Below are positions 30,164-40,969 of a stretch of DNA of 64,000 nucleotides, one piece after another. The stretch's first letter is position 1; the number at the start of each line of letters is the position of its first letter. The stretch lies in assembly GCA_018396695.1 (NCBI GenBank), contig JAGTQU010000006.1:4152-68151 (forward strand), in the 5' to 3' direction. Source of the DNA: Candidatus Bathyarchaeota archaeon. GTDB lineage: Archaea > Thermoproteota > Bathyarchaeia > TCS64. The translations under genes and the position numbers were made by a program. The notes beneath the pieces were generated by a model. That model saw only the letters and a program-made list of their open reading frames with translations. It ran no database searches and was not told where the DNA came from.

Positions 30164-30533
30164 TTCTATATATTCTAATCGGTGTCCCGCTTTTAATATC
30201 GATTATGTGATCAAGATTATTCTTTATTTTCCCAATTCTATTTACAGGACTTTGAGTAGAAACCGGTGCATAATATAAGCAAACAGCGTCCCCTCTCGGC
30301 CAATAGGAGATCGTGCCAGCCTCCACTTTTTTAACCGATTTCTCTTCTCCTCTCTTGATGCCAATGATGATGGAGACTCCTCCATTTATTGGATGCGCAC
30401 GACCCTCAATAGGTAGCATTCGAAGTAGTCTATCAACCGTTAAGGGTGCATAGATCCTGACAAGTTCCCCTTCAGCTTCCCCTACCCCCTCAACTTTTAT
30501 CTTTATAGGTATTTTCGAGAGAACATCGCTCAA
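30150..30533 (-). CDS. Cyclophilin-like fold protein
   Basis: APLTV..L...LPI, GTISYWP.G.AVCLYY, PVNRIG. Confidence 0.75.
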   Translation of the reverse strand: MSDVLSKIPIKIKVEGVGEAEGELVRIYAPLTVDRLLRMLPIEGRAHPINGGVSIIIGIKRGEEKSVKKVEAGTISYWPRGDAVCLYYAPVSTQSPVNRIGKIKNNLDHIIDIKSGTPIRIYRINSA

Positions 30534-30536
30534 ATT

Positions 30537-31418
30537 TCAAATCCCCAGAGACTCTGTAGTGTATCTGATGATTTTCTCCGCGATATCTACTCCTGTCGAC
30601 TCTTTTAGGGCTTGCCATCCTGGAGAGCCATTAACCTCTAGTATTATCGGGCCCTCATCAGATTCTATGATGTCAACTCCCGCATAGTCTAGACCCAACA
30701 CATTCGTAGCTCTAATCGCTAGCTTAATATACTCTTGGGGAACAGGCTTTTTTTTCATAGTTCCCCCTTGAGCTACATTAGTCTTCCACATCCCCGTGCA
30801 AGGATATTTGAAGACAGCTCCGACGGCTTCATCACCAATGATGAATACTCTAATATCCCGACCAGGGTTCTCAATGAACCTTTGAATTAATATCGGCTGG
30901 CTTAACCTGTTTAGCATTTTCCAAGCATTATATGCTAGATCAGGGTCTTCAAACTTTATTGATCCTCTTCCCATTGAGCCTAGTATCGGCTTATAAACGA
31001 ATTCTCTAAGGTTCTTAGACCATTCATAGGCTTTATCAAGGTCTTCTGTTGTATAAGTTTCAACTGTGGGAAGCCCTGCTTTTGATAACATACACTGTGT
31101 CGCGTATTTATCTCGCGCTCTTCTAAATGCGTAACATGAGTTCACAACTCTAATCCCTGAGAACTCCATATGCTCGATCATGCTTATACGGCGAGTCAGC
31201 TGTTCGCATGAACCTGGACCAAAGCTCCTTACAAAACAGATATCTGTATCGGTAACATCCTCTCTCCCAAGCCAGAATCTAGACTCCTTTTTAGATACGA
31301 ACGAGGATAGATCCGAAATTCTTCCAGCAGATACTTTATGGCCTAACTCTACAGCCTTGTCGGCAAGCTCTTTAGCATTTATGTTAAAAGTGTTACCATA
31401 CAGGATCAGAATCTGCAC
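30537..31418 (-). CDS. RimK-family ATP-grasp ligase
   Basis: RDKY, VYKPILGSMGRG, DIRVFIIG, WKTNVAQGG, YAGVD, LEVNGSPGW. Confidence 0.9.
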   Translation of the reverse strand: MQILILYGNTFNINAKELADKAVELGHKVSAGRISDLSSFVSKKESRFWLGREDVTDTDICFVRSFGPGSCEQLTRRISMIEHMEFSGIRVVNSCYAFRRARDKYATQCMLSKAGLPTVETYTTEDLDKAYEWSKNLREFVYKPILGSMGRGSIKFEDPDLAYNAWKMLNRLSQPILIQRFIENPGRDIRVFIIGDEAVGAVFKYPCTGMWKTNVAQGGTMKKKPVPQEYIKLAIRATNVLGLDYAGVDIIESDEGPIILEVNGSPGWQALKESTGVDIAEKIIRYTTESLGI

Positions 31419-31616
31419 CTAAGAACCCTCGAATAATACTGGATATATTCGAGAATAAAAACGATTACCATACTTGAATAATCTTTAGACTTATCAATCC
31501 AATAAAAAGGTGAGTACCCGCAGAAAAGACGATTTTAATTTAAAGAAATCTTAACGAATACAATGTTTCGAATAATAATCAATATTTAGATATTAATGTG
31601 AAAAAATATTGTACTT

Positions 31617-33239
31617 TTAAATAGGCTTCAGCATGCCCCTCTTCTTATCAAAACAGGACTTCACAAGCCCGTAGTAGGGAGGAGAAGGTGACCAAGGTCT
31701 GCTCTTAAACTCTGGGTGGAATTGAGTAGCTAAGAAAAAGTAGTTGTCAGGGAGTTCAAGAATCTCCTTCATACCTCCCTCGGCACTCCAGCCTGAAAAT
31801 ACTGCTCCTGCATCTTCCAATCGATCCCAGTAATCCGGGTTCACTTCCCATCTATGCCTATGCCTCTCACGGATCAACTCGGAACCGTATAATTTGTAAG
31901 CCAAAGTATTTTTCTTTACTACCACAGGTCGAGAACCTAGTCTCATGGTTCCGCCTAGCTCTCCTACTCTTCTTTGTTCAGGAAGAAGATCTACAACTGC
32001 ATGAGGCGTATCTGGGTCACACTCTGTAGAATGGGCGCCCTTCAATCCTAACAAGTTCCTAGCAATCTCTACTATGCTTAGCTGAAAACCATAGCAAATC
32101 CCGAGGAAAGGTACATCATGGGTTCTGCAATACTCGATCGTCCTAATCTTTCCCTCGGCGCCTCTCTGCCCGAATCCGCCAGGCACTAGAACTCCATCAA
32201 AATTACGTATTGTTTCTGTGACTCCCGATTTTTCAAACGTTTCCGTCTCTATCCAACTGATGTTTACTTTACATCCTGAGGCTGCTCCAGCATGCTTTAA
32301 AGCCTCGTTTACGCTCACGTAACAGTCCGCGAGTTCAGCATATTTGCCGCAGATCGCTATATTGACGGCTTCCTTCGCGTCATGGAAACGATTTACAACT
32401 TTCTCCCACTGAGACCAGTCTGCCTTAGACCCCTTGAGTTGAAGATACTCGATGATTAGATCTCCCATTCCTTCTCTCTCAAGGGCTAGGGGGAGTTCGT
32501 AGATGGGGTCAACGTTTACGGATGTGAAGACTGCCCTCTCTTCAACATTAGAGTAGAGTGCAATTTTTTTCTTCTGCTCTTCTGGGAGGCGTCCCCATTC
32601 GCATCTGGCTACAATTATGTCAGGCTGGAGGCCTATCGCTCTAAGCTCTTTAACACTATGTTGTGTTGGCTTCGTTTTTGGCTCTCCAACAGCCTTCAGA
32701 ACCGGGACTAGAGTCACGTGAACCAGTAGGGTTTCGCCTCTATGCTCTTCAAGTCGCATTTGTCGAAATGCTTCGAGGAATGGTAAGCCTTCAATATCTC
32801 CGACTGTTCCTCCGCACTCGACTAGAAGAATCTCGGCGCCCGTATATTTTACCACTTGCCTAAGCTTATGTTTAATCTCATCTGTGATGTGAGGGATTAT
32901 CTGAACACATTGTCCGAGGTATCCTCCCTCCCGCTCCTTCTTTATCACATGTTGATAAACTTGACCTGATGTGATGTTATTCAATCTTGTAAGTTCGATT
33001 CCAAGGAAGCGTTCATATGCTCCGAGATCCATATCTGCTTCATACCCGTCATCGAGCACAAAGACTTCACCATGAATATACGGGTTCATCGTTCCAGCAT
33101 CTACATTCAAATACGGATCACATTTTACTACACTGACCTTTAATCCCCTAACTTGAAGCATTTTTCCAATCGAGCAGGTTACCATCCCCTTACCTAACCC
33201 GCTCAACACTCCTCCAGTAATGAAGATGAACTTCGTCAA
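31617..33239 (-). CDS. pyrG: CTP synthase
   Basis: [46 protein letters not shown]. Confidence 0.97.
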   Translation of the reverse strand: MTKFIFITGGVLSGLGKGMVTCSIGKMLQVRGLKVSVVKCDPYLNVDAGTMNPYIHGEVFVLDDGYEADMDLGAYERFLGIELTRLNNITSGQVYQHVIKKEREGGYLGQCVQIIPHITDEIKHKLRQVVKYTGAEILLVECGGTVGDIEGLPFLEAFRQMRLEEHRGETLLVHVTLVPVLKAVGEPKTKPTQHSVKELRAIGLQPDIIVARCEWGRLPEEQKKKIALYSNVEERAVFTSVNVDPIYELPLALEREGMGDLIIEYLQLKGSKADWSQWEKVVNRFHDAKEAVNIAICGKYAELADCYVSVNEALKHAGAASGCKVNISWIETETFEKSGVTETIRNFDGVLVPGGFGQRGAEGKIRTIEYCRTHDVPFLGICYGFQLSIVEIARNLLGLKGAHSTECDPDTPHAVVDLLPEQRRVGELGGTMRLGSRPVVVKKNTLAYKLYGSELIRERHRHRWEVNPDYWDRLEDAGAVFSGWSAEGGMKEILELPDNYFFLATQFHPEFKSRPWSPSPPYYGLVKSCFDKKRGMLKPI

Positions 33240-33310
33240 TAGGAGCCCTACCTATCATAATAATAAACGGTTTACTCTGCTTCTAAGCTATAAAGTCTTT
33301 GTTTATAACT

Positions 33311-34540
33311 TCAACTACCGATAAGCTTAGTTTTATTGAGGAAATCTAGCAGTATGGGCATAAGATCCATGCCCTTGATCCTTCCTAACCCTCCAGCGGC
33401 ACATGACCTTTCTGAGAATAAGGCTACAGAGTCTGATCTAACTTCAGGACCACATATTGCTACAGGAACGGGATCGCCTCTATGATCTTTAGCAGTGCAA
33501 CTGGTAGTGTGATCTGCTGTTACGGCAAGATAGGTTTCATCAAGATCAATATGGTCTAAAAGGTGTCCAATCATCTTGTCAATATTTTCGATGATTTTAA
33601 CTTTCAAGCGAGGGTTCCCATCGTGGCTCGCATTATCTGTTCCCTTAACATGGAGGTAGACTAAATCATAATCTGGTAGAATCTGCTCAACTGTTTTAGC
33701 CTTTGAGATAGTATCCGTGTTGATGCTTCCCGTCCCGCCTGGGGCATCATAAACGTCGAATCCCGCATATCTACAGACACCTCGCACCGTTGGTGTGGCC
33801 GATACACATCCACCCTTTATGCTGAAGAGTTCACGCATAGATTTTATGGCTGGGGGCTCCCCTGCGCCTCTGAGAAGGATCCCGTTAGCGCGGGGGAGGC
33901 CTCTTCCAGCTCGTTCACGATTGACTGGATGTTTCTCCATCAGATCCGCTAATTCCTCAGAGAGTTTGTTAACGATGAAGGCGGTTCTTTCAGCCTCCTC
34001 AGAGGAGTCTAAAGGCGTAGATTTTAACACTTTTACTTTGTCTTTATGCGGGTCAGTATCTGAAACTTTCCAACTGAGTCCTCTCCCGCGTAAGACTACG
34101 ACAAGCCTATGTTCAAGCGTAGGCATAACTGTTACCGATATTTCTGGATGAGATGGGAGGTGCACCTCTGAGAGATAATCCTTGAATATTGTTCCGTCTA
34201 TTCTGCCGGCCCTTCGGTCGATCACTATGCCCTCTTCTATGTATGCAAAGTTACCTCGAAACGCAACATCGCCTTCATTGACTGGAATGTTAGCTCCAAA
34301 AGCTTCTAATGCTCCTCTCCCCCTATAGCTTTTAATCGGATCATAACCAAGTAGAGCAATGTTAGCTATGTCACTGCCAGGTGGAATCCCTGGAGATATT
34401 ATATCCATTATCCCGCAGACGCCTGCTCTTGCGACCTTATCCAAGTTCGGCGTCTCGGCGATTTCTAGCGGTGTTTTCCCGTCTAATTCTTTTAAAGGTC
34501 TATCAGACATCCCGTCTCCGACGACTAAAATGGCCTTCAT
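33311..34540 (-). CDS. apgM: 2,3-bisphosphoglycerate-independent phosphoglycerate mutase (archaeal type)
   Basis: VGDGMSDRP, PGSDIAN, GRGALEA, AFRGN, HVKGTDNASHDG, TADHTT; start taken at MKAILVV. Confidence 0.92.
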   Translation of the reverse strand: MKAILVVGDGMSDRPLKELDGKTPLEIAETPNLDKVARAGVCGIMDIISPGIPPGSDIANIALLGYDPIKSYRGRGALEAFGANIPVNEGDVAFRGNFAYIEEGIVIDRRAGRIDGTIFKDYLSEVHLPSHPEISVTVMPTLEHRLVVVLRGRGLSWKVSDTDPHKDKVKVLKSTPLDSSEEAERTAFIVNKLSEELADLMEKHPVNRERAGRGLPRANGILLRGAGEPPAIKSMRELFSIKGGCVSATPTVRGVCRYAGFDVYDAPGGTGSINTDTISKAKTVEQILPDYDLVYLHVKGTDNASHDGNPRLKVKIIENIDKMIGHLLDHIDLDETYLAVTADHTTSCTAKDHRGDPVPVAICGPEVRSDSVALFSERSCAAGGLGRIKGMDLMPILLDFLNKTKLIGS

Positions 34541-34699
34541 GATCTCAATTCTTCTAAACCTTATGCTTTTTAAAATAAGTGTTATGAGGCTGAGGCGCTC
34601 GAAATCACAATTTCGAGCATCTACAAACTTTTGCAACTAATCTTAAAAATGATTGATCTAAAATTTTAAACATTAGACATTTAACCAAGTTTACATAAG

Positions 34700-36199
34700 T
34701 TGATGGGTATGACTGAGGATGAGACCTTTAGTGAACTAGGATCCGAGAAAAGAGAAGCGTTTAAAGAGAAAAATAAAGGCCTGATACCTAAATCAAGCTT
34801 CACAGATTGGTATGATAATGTGCTTCTTGAAGCTAAAATAGCTGATGACCGATATCCTGTGAAAGGGTTCACAGTATATATGGGCTGGGGGTTTAGTATA
34901 GCCAAAAAAATTATTCAGCTACTGGAAGATAAACTGGAGAAACATGGCCACGAACCTATGCAATTCCCTGTTGTAATACCTGAAGATGTATTCCAGAAAG
35001 AGGCTGAACACATCGCGGGGTTCTCAGGAGAGGTCTTCTGGGTAACTCATGCAGGAGAAAACATTTTAGAGAGGAGGCTCCTCCTTAGACCTACTTCTGA
35101 AACAGCTATCTATCCTCTATTTAAAATCTGGATAAGATCTCATGCTGATCTGCCTTTGAAGATGCATCAGACTTGCAATGTTTACCGTTACGAGACTAAG
35201 GCTACTCGACCATTATATCGCGGAAGGGAGTTTCTCTGGAATGAAGCCCATACAGCCCACGCAGATTATGAGGATTCTGAGAGACAGGTAAAGGAAGGTG
35301 CAGAGATCTACAGTTATGTGTACGATCTCCTTGGACTAGGCTATCTGTTGCTCGAACGACCTAGCTTCGACAAGTTTGCAGGAGCAGTATATAGCATAGC
35401 CTTCGACGCTTGGAACCCTGATGGAAAAATAAATCAGATCGGAACCGTACACCAGCTTGGCCAAAACTTCTCCAAGGCTTTCGAGATAACCTTCGAGGAT
35501 AGGGAGGGAAAACAAGCGCTTGTATACACCACCTGTTATGGAATGGGGATTGGAAGAGTCCTCGCTGCGATTATATCGCAGCATGGAGACGACCATGGAT
35601 TAGTCCTCCCCCCAATCATAGCACCTAAGCAGATAGTGATCATACCTGTCACGTATAAGGGTCATGAGGAAGCTGTTAACAAATATGCTAAAAACGTATT
35701 GAAGCTTCTATACGAGGCGGGCTTTAGAGTAGTTCTCGATGATAGTGATTTGAGACCAGGAGAGAAGTATTATAAATGGGAGATGTTCGGTGTCCCCCTC
35801 AGGATAGAAGTCGGACCGAAAGAAGTTGATACAAAGGATGTAACCCTTGTTCGAAGAGACTCAATGGCTCGAAGCAAGGTTTCCATCGGCGAATTAGTTG
35901 AAGCGGTGAACCGTCTCTTCCATGAAATCTACGAGAATATCAAAGATATGAGTTGGAAGCGGTTGAACGAGTTAATCGTCTACTCTGAAAGCCTAGAAGA
36001 ATTGAAATCCCTTATGGAAAAGAGAAAAATCGGGAAGATAAACTGGTGTGGAGATCCAGACTGCGCTTTCAAAATCAAAGACAGCGTGGTAGGCGAGATA
36101 AGAGGAAGCCTCTGGAATAAATTCGAGGAGACTAAGGGTCCATGCATAGTTTGCGGTCAGCCAGCAAAAAAGGTTGTCTACGTTTCTCGAACCATTTGA
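34700..36199 (+). CDS. proS: Proline--tRNA ligase (archaeal/eukaryotic type)
   Basis: EAEHIAGF, LRPTSET, YRYETKATRPL.R.REFLW.EAH, HQLGQNFSKAF. Confidence 0.95.
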   Translation: MMGMTEDETFSELGSEKREAFKEKNKGLIPKSSFTDWYDNVLLEAKIADDRYPVKGFTVYMGWGFSIAKKIIQLLEDKLEKHGHEPMQFPVVIPEDVFQKEAEHIAGFSGEVFWVTHAGENILERRLLLRPTSETAIYPLFKIWIRSHADLPLKMHQTCNVYRYETKATRPLYRGREFLWNEAHTAHADYEDSERQVKEGAEIYSYVYDLLGLGYLLLERPSFDKFAGAVYSIAFDAWNPDGKINQIGTVHQLGQNFSKAFEITFEDREGKQALVYTTCYGMGIGRVLAAIISQHGDDHGLVLPPIIAPKQIVIIPVTYKGHEEAVNKYAKNVLKLLYEAGFRVVLDDSDLRPGEKYYKWEMFGVPLRIEVGPKEVDTKDVTLVRRDSMARSKVSIGELVEAVNRLFHEIYENIKDMSWKRLNELIVYSESLEELKSLMEKRKIGKINWCGDPDCAFKIKDSVVGEIRGSLWNKFEETKGPCIVCGQPAKKVVYVSRTI

Positions 36200-36278
36200 G
36201 GCTGATAAATCTAAGGTAGCTCAAGTTTAACGGTATACTCTATGCGGAAAGGTTTAACGCTATCGGAGGATTAAAGAG

Positions 36279-36854
36279 CTGGATCAAATCTACAAGCCTG
36301 ATGAAGATTCTTTTCTGCTTCTCAAATATGTTGAGAGGCTTGTTGCAGGGTCGGTCTTGGATATGGGAACCGGCTCCGGTATACAAGCCATAGCCGCCGC
36401 TAGAAAGAGAGAGGTTCATGAGGTTACAGCTGTCGACATAAACCCAAATGCTATCGAAGAGGCTTTCAAGCGGTCGAAGCTGGAGGGCGTTTCAGGAAAA
36501 ATAGAGTTCAAGGTTTCCAATCTTTTCGATGGTTTAGGTTGCAGGAAATTTGACTGGATCGTCTTCAATCCTCCTTATCTTCCATCAGAGGGGACGGTGG
36601 ATGAAACCTCATGGGTTGGAGGCGAATATGGATGCGAGTTGCTCCTCCGTTTCTTAGACGAAGCTTCCAAATATCTAAACCCGGATGGAAGAATTTTACT
36701 AGTATATTCATCGCTCTCAGGGATGGATTTAGCGAAAATTAGAAAGAGGTATACGGTCACACTTCTCGAAGAGAAACCCTTATTCTTCGAGTCTCTCTAT
36801 TGTATTATGCTTACTCCGATCAACCCATCTTCAGACCTAACAAAAATCCTGTGA
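36279..36854 (+). CDS. HemK2/MTQ2-type SAM-dependent methyltransferase
   Basis: DMGTGSG and FNPPYLP motifs; conserved N-terminal IYKPDEDSFLL lies upstream of the first canonical start (36357), implying a CTG start at 36279. Confidence 0.85.
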   Translation: MDQIYKPDEDSFLLLKYVERLVAGSVLDMGTGSGIQAIAAARKREVHEVTAVDINPNAIEEAFKRSKLEGVSGKIEFKVSNLFDGLGCRKFDWIVFNPPYLPSEGTVDETSWVGGEYGCELLLRFLDEASKYLNPDGRILLVYSSLSGMDLAKIRKRYTVTLLEEKPLFFESLYCIMLTPINPSSDLTKIL

Positions 36855-37155
36855 TGAAGGTTAAACCGAAAGGCAGGTGAGCGATTATCTCTGCGACCAC
36901 CGCTTGTAGTCCACTAGCTTTCCCAACCAACCCTTCAGCCCACTCAGTTAATGCAGAGTAGTCTACAGATATTATCCCTTTATAAGCGAAATACTCGAAA
37001 ACTAGGAATCCTATGCCGAGCAAGATGACCAGTAGCTTCGCTACCTTCTTAATAGCATAACCAACTACGAATCCTCCGATACCTCCTATACTCATCTCTG
37101 CGGCTATAGGAGCTAATATATCGCTTGACGACATTCTAAATAATAATCCCCCCAA
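36820..37155 (-). CDS. FUN14 family membrane protein
   Basis: GGIGGFVVGYAIKKVAK, GIISVDY, GFLLGLK.G. Confidence 0.8.
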   Translation of the reverse strand: MGGLLFRMSSSDILAPIAAEMSIGGIGGFVVGYAIKKVAKLLVILLGIGFLVFEYFAYKGIISVDYSALTEWAEGLVGKASGLQAVVAEIIAHLPFGLTFITGFLLGLKMG

Positions 37156-37174
37156 CTTATAATAATTGGTTTAG

Positions 37175-38122
37175 CTAACTTCCAGTGATTACCGTGCCTA
37201 CCTTCCCCTCAAGGGCTTCTAATCCTTTATCAAGTGAAGTTATTATCGCTTTTTCTCCGCCATGCTCAACGAATCTTATGCAAGCCTCCACTTTAGGACC
37301 CATGCTACCGGGAGGGAAATGCCCTTCTTTAAGGTACGCTCTAGCCATAAAAGACCTAAGCTCTCTAAGATTTTTCTCATCGGGTTTTCCTAGATTAAGT
37401 TTAACGCAATCGACGTCTGTAAGAATCAAGAAGATGTCTGCCTCAACTGCTTCCGCTAAAACCTCTCCAGCTTTATCCTTATCTATTACAGCGTCAACTC
37501 CTCTTAAATCCCCATTCTCATCCAAGACCACGGGTATTCCACCGCCACCGGAGGCGATCACGATGGATCCAAGATCTACAAGATGCTTCACAATCTTGCC
37601 TTCCACAATGTCAAGTGGTTCTGGAGATGGCACAACACGCCTCCATGGACGTTCGTCATGATTCCTTACTTTACGAATGGTCCAACCCTTCTCAGCGATG
37701 AGCTTTTCAGCTTCCTCCTCCGTATAGAATGGACCTACAGGTTTATGAGGATCCAAAAAATCTGGATCGTTTTTGTCCACTAGGACTTGGGTGATGATCG
37801 TAACAACATTCTTATTCAGACCTCTAAGTTGATTCCTGAGACTCTGCTGGATCATATAGCCAATCTGTCCTTGAGTCATGGCTCCTAGGATCACTAAGGG
37901 TTGTGGTGGGACTATCTCCTTAGACTGTTCCTGCTGGATAGCAAGGTTTCCTACTTGTGGACCGTTACCATGTGTTACTACGATGTCATAACCTTTGCGA
38001 ACAATCGACGCTATCTGCGCGCATGCGGTATCCACATTCCTAAGCTGCTCCTCTACTGTTCCCTCTTCTTCAGGCTGCTTAATGGCATTCCCTCCAAGCG
38101 CTATTACCACTCGTTTACCCAT
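37175..38122 (-). CDS. arcC: Carbamate kinase
   Basis: VIALGGNA, THGNGPQVG, TQGQIGY, KPVGPFY, RRVVPSPEP, AVIDKD, GSMGPKVEA; start taken at MGKRVV. Confidence 0.95.
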   Translation of the reverse strand: MGKRVVIALGGNAIKQPEEEGTVEEQLRNVDTACAQIASIVRKGYDIVVTHGNGPQVGNLAIQQEQSKEIVPPQPLVILGAMTQGQIGYMIQQSLRNQLRGLNKNVVTIITQVLVDKNDPDFLDPHKPVGPFYTEEEAEKLIAEKGWTIRKVRNHDERPWRRVVPSPEPLDIVEGKIVKHLVDLGSIVIASGGGGIPVVLDENGDLRGVDAVIDKDKAGEVLAEAVEADIFLILTDVDCVKLNLGKPDEKNLRELRSFMARAYLKEGHFPPGSMGPKVEACIRFVEHGGEKAIITSLDKGLEALEGKVGTVITGS

Positions 38123-38274
38123 AACCAACACTCCAAGATTAGAAGGAAATAACATTCTAACTCTTGACTTAAAACATTTCTGATTATCAACTCTATTCAA
38201 AGCTTTCTAATGTTGATGATGACTGAAAGAGCATACTATAAGTTTTTATCATCCACGTTTTCAAACATCTTGAA

Positions 38275-39285
38275 GTGGAGAAAGAAGAGCATTTGATCTG
38301 CCTCGGAATAGAATCAACAGCCGATAATCTAGGGGTAGGTATAGTATCCTCAGATGGCAGGATACTCGCTAACGAGGTTGAAGTACACGTACCGAAGACT
38401 GGAGGAATACATCCGAGAGAAGCTGCCCAGCATCATTCTGCAGAGTTTGGGAGGGTTCTCGAAAAAGCTTTGAAAGCCGCAAAAATAAGATCGAAAGATA
38501 TTGATCTCATCTCATTTTCGCAAGGTCCCGGGTTAGGCCCATGTCTTCGAACAGGTGCCACAGCAGCCCGCGCGTTAGCTGTATACCTAAATATTCCTCT
38601 CGTAGGCGTCAACCATTGCATTGCACATGTCGAAATAGGTCGCTTAATGTCAAGTGCAAAGGATCCCTTAACCCTATATGTTTCTGGCGGGAATACTTTA
38701 ATCACGGCGTACGAGTCAGGTAGATACAGAATCTTTGGAGAAACCCTTGATATAGCAGTCGGTAATTGCCTCGATACATTCGCTCGAGAAGCAGGGCTTC
38801 CCTATCCTGGGGGTCCTGCTGTTGAAACTATCGCAGCTAAAGGTAACCAGCTTCTCCCTCTACCATATATCGTGAAGGGAATGGATCTAAGCTTTAGCGG
38901 ATTGTTAACTGCAGCAATACTGAAGTTGAATGAGGGTCAATGTAGGCTTGAGGATCTCTGTTTCAGCCTCCAGGAAGTGGCCTTCGCTATGCTAGGAGAA
39001 GTGACTGAGAGGGCTCTGGCTCATACAAAGAAGCATGAGCTCCTCCTAACGGGAGGAGTAGCGGCTAATAAGCGACTACGTTCCGTAATACAACTTATAG
39101 CCGAGGAGCATGGCGCTGCTTCGAAATTTGTACCCCAAAAATTCGCTACAGATAATGGAGCAATGATAGCATGGACTGGGATCCTGGCTTATGTGAGCGG
39201 TTTAAGAACGGATGTAGAGACGAGTTATATCGACAGCCATTGGAGAATGGATGAGGTGGAGGTGCCTTGGAGAAGCTCGAATTGA
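38275..39285 (+). CDS. kae1: KEOPS complex t6A synthase Kae1
   Basis: GIESTA, GGIHPREAA, GPGLGPCL, VNHCIAHVEIG, YVSGGNT, DNGAMIA. Confidence 0.95.
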   Translation: MEKEEHLICLGIESTADNLGVGIVSSDGRILANEVEVHVPKTGGIHPREAAQHHSAEFGRVLEKALKAAKIRSKDIDLISFSQGPGLGPCLRTGATAARALAVYLNIPLVGVNHCIAHVEIGRLMSSAKDPLTLYVSGGNTLITAYESGRYRIFGETLDIAVGNCLDTFAREAGLPYPGGPAVETIAAKGNQLLPLPYIVKGMDLSFSGLLTAAILKLNEGQCRLEDLCFSLQEVAFAMLGEVTERALAHTKKHELLLTGGVAANKRLRSVIQLIAEEHGAASKFVPQKFATDNGAMIAWTGILAYVSGLRTDVETSYIDSHWRMDEVEVPWRSSN

Positions 39286-39929
39286 TCGCTAAAGGGGCTG
39301 AAGCTGACATCTGGCGCGACATAGACTGGAACGGTAAAGATGTTCTAATCAAAAGGAGAGTGAGGAAACTGTATCGACATGAGGATTTGGATAACCAGCT
39401 GAGAAGTTATAGAACTATTCATGAGGCCCTGATAATGCACAGGGCGAAACGTGCTGGAGTACCTACCCCGGTAGTATATCAGGTAATCCCTGAAGAGGCT
39501 GTTATCGTCATGGAACATATTAATGGAGAGAAGATACGAGATGTCATCAACTTTGTTGAGAATGAGAAACGAAAAGAGATCTTCAGGATAATCGGGGTTC
39601 AAACGGGTAGACTTCATAAGGCTGGCATAATCCATGGGGATTTGACCACATCAAATATGATAAAGGAGAAGACACTCATCTTCTTCATAGATTTTGGACT
39701 GGCCGAACTCTCTTCCGAAGATGAGAAGAGGGGGGTAGACTTGCATTTGATGAGGAGAATGCTCATCAGCACTCACTATATGCTCGAGGAAGAGCTCTTT
39801 AAAGCCTTTGAGGATGGTTATAGATCCATCTTAGGGGGAGATGCTGAGGCTGTGTTTAAAAAAATGAAGGAGATTGAAAAGAGGGGAAGATATGTCGAAA
39901 GAGAGGATACTATGGATGGCGACGCGTAA
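39267..39929 (+). CDS. bud32: KEOPS complex kinase Bud32
   Basis: KGAEA, HGDLTTSNM, IDFGL, RGRY; follows kae1. Confidence 0.93.
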   Translation: MEKLELIAKGAEADIWRDIDWNGKDVLIKRRVRKLYRHEDLDNQLRSYRTIHEALIMHRAKRAGVPTPVVYQVIPEEAVIVMEHINGEKIRDVINFVENEKRKEIFRIIGVQTGRLHKAGIIHGDLTTSNMIKEKTLIFFIDFGLAELSSEDEKRGVDLHLMRRMLISTHYMLEEELFKAFEDGYRSILGGDAEAVFKKMKEIEKRGRYVEREDTMDGDA

Positions 39930-40458
39930 CAAGAACAAATACTCTGAAGCTAAGAATATTCTCTCCTCTATGGGAGTAACCCTAAAAATCCTTGAGGTTA
40001 ATAGAGTAGAAGTACAGGCAGACGATCTTAAAGAGATAGCTTCCTACAGTTTGAGAAATCTCGAATCCGAATCTAGACCTATAATCGTCGAAGATGCCGG
40101 CTTATTCATCGATGGTTTAAATGGCTTCCCTGGGCCTTACTCTTCGTATGTTCTAAGGACGATAGGTCTGGAGGGAGTTTTAAAGTTGATGAAAAATGTT
40201 GAAAATAGGGAGGCAAAATTCAAAAGCGCTGTAGCCTACAAGTTTCGTGACCAATCAACCTGCTTTTTAGGAGTAGTAGAAGGCGAAATTTCGACTGAGA
40301 TACGAGGGTCTCAAGGCTTCGGTTATGATCCCATCTTCATCCCTGGAGAAGGTGGCGGCAGAACCTTTGGTGAAATGTCTCCCGAAGAGAAGAATGCTCT
40401 ATCTCACCGGGCGAGAGCTTTCAGAAAACTTGGGGAATGGCTTTTAACTAGGAACTAA
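39892..40458 (+). CDS. rdgB: XTP/dITP diphosphatase (Ham1 family)
   Basis: ATRN.NK, EDAGL, GFPGPYS, FGYDPIF, KN..SHR. Confidence 0.93.
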   Translation: MSKERILWMATRNKNKYSEAKNILSSMGVTLKILEVNRVEVQADDLKEIASYSLRNLESESRPIIVEDAGLFIDGLNGFPGPYSSYVLRTIGLEGVLKLMKNVENREAKFKSAVAYKFRDQSTCFLGVVEGEISTEIRGSQGFGYDPIFIPGEGGGRTFGEMSPEEKNALSHRARAFRKLGEWLLTRN

Positions 40459-40505
40459 ACCTTTTTAAATCTGGGAATTAATATTCGAAAAGTCCTCAGG
40501 ATTGG

Positions 40506-40961
40506 ATGATTCGAATGGTTGGCAAAATGGCTCTGATGAGGGGTAGATCACGCTCAACTAGACCAGTATCTAAAAGACCTCCTAGCTGGATAGTTTATCA
40601 ACCTGATGAAGTTAAGGCTCTCGTAATAAATCTTCATAGGCAAGGCAGGCCTCCGAGCGAGATAGGAGGTATCCTCCGCGACGAGTATAATGTTCCGTTA
40701 GTGAAACCGTTAGTAGGTAAAGGGATCGTCAAAATACTCAGGGAGGCTCAGGTTGCTCCAAGTATACCTGAGGATCTCTACAACCTCATGGTGAAAGCGA
40801 ATAGGATACGACGCCATCTCGAGAGGAATCCTAAAGATCTAAATAATAAGAGAGGTTTGCAAATAGCTGAATCTAAAATCTACAGCCTTACAAGATACTA
40901 TAAACGTATGAAGATTCTCCCTCAAGATTGGCGATACAGGTCTGAGATGATCACTGTATGA
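40506..40961 (+). CDS. rps15: 30S ribosomal protein uS15
   Basis: RGRSRSTRP, PSEIG.ILRD, IPEDLYNL, ESKI..L.RYYK; start may be 40515 or 40527. Confidence 0.93.
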   Translation: MIRMVGKMALMRGRSRSTRPVSKRPPSWIVYQPDEVKALVINLHRQGRPPSEIGGILRDEYNVPLVKPLVGKGIVKILREAQVAPSIPEDLYNLMVKANRIRRHLERNPKDLNNKRGLQIAESKIYSLTRYYKRMKILPQDWRYRSEMITV

Positions 40962-40969
40962 GATGATAG

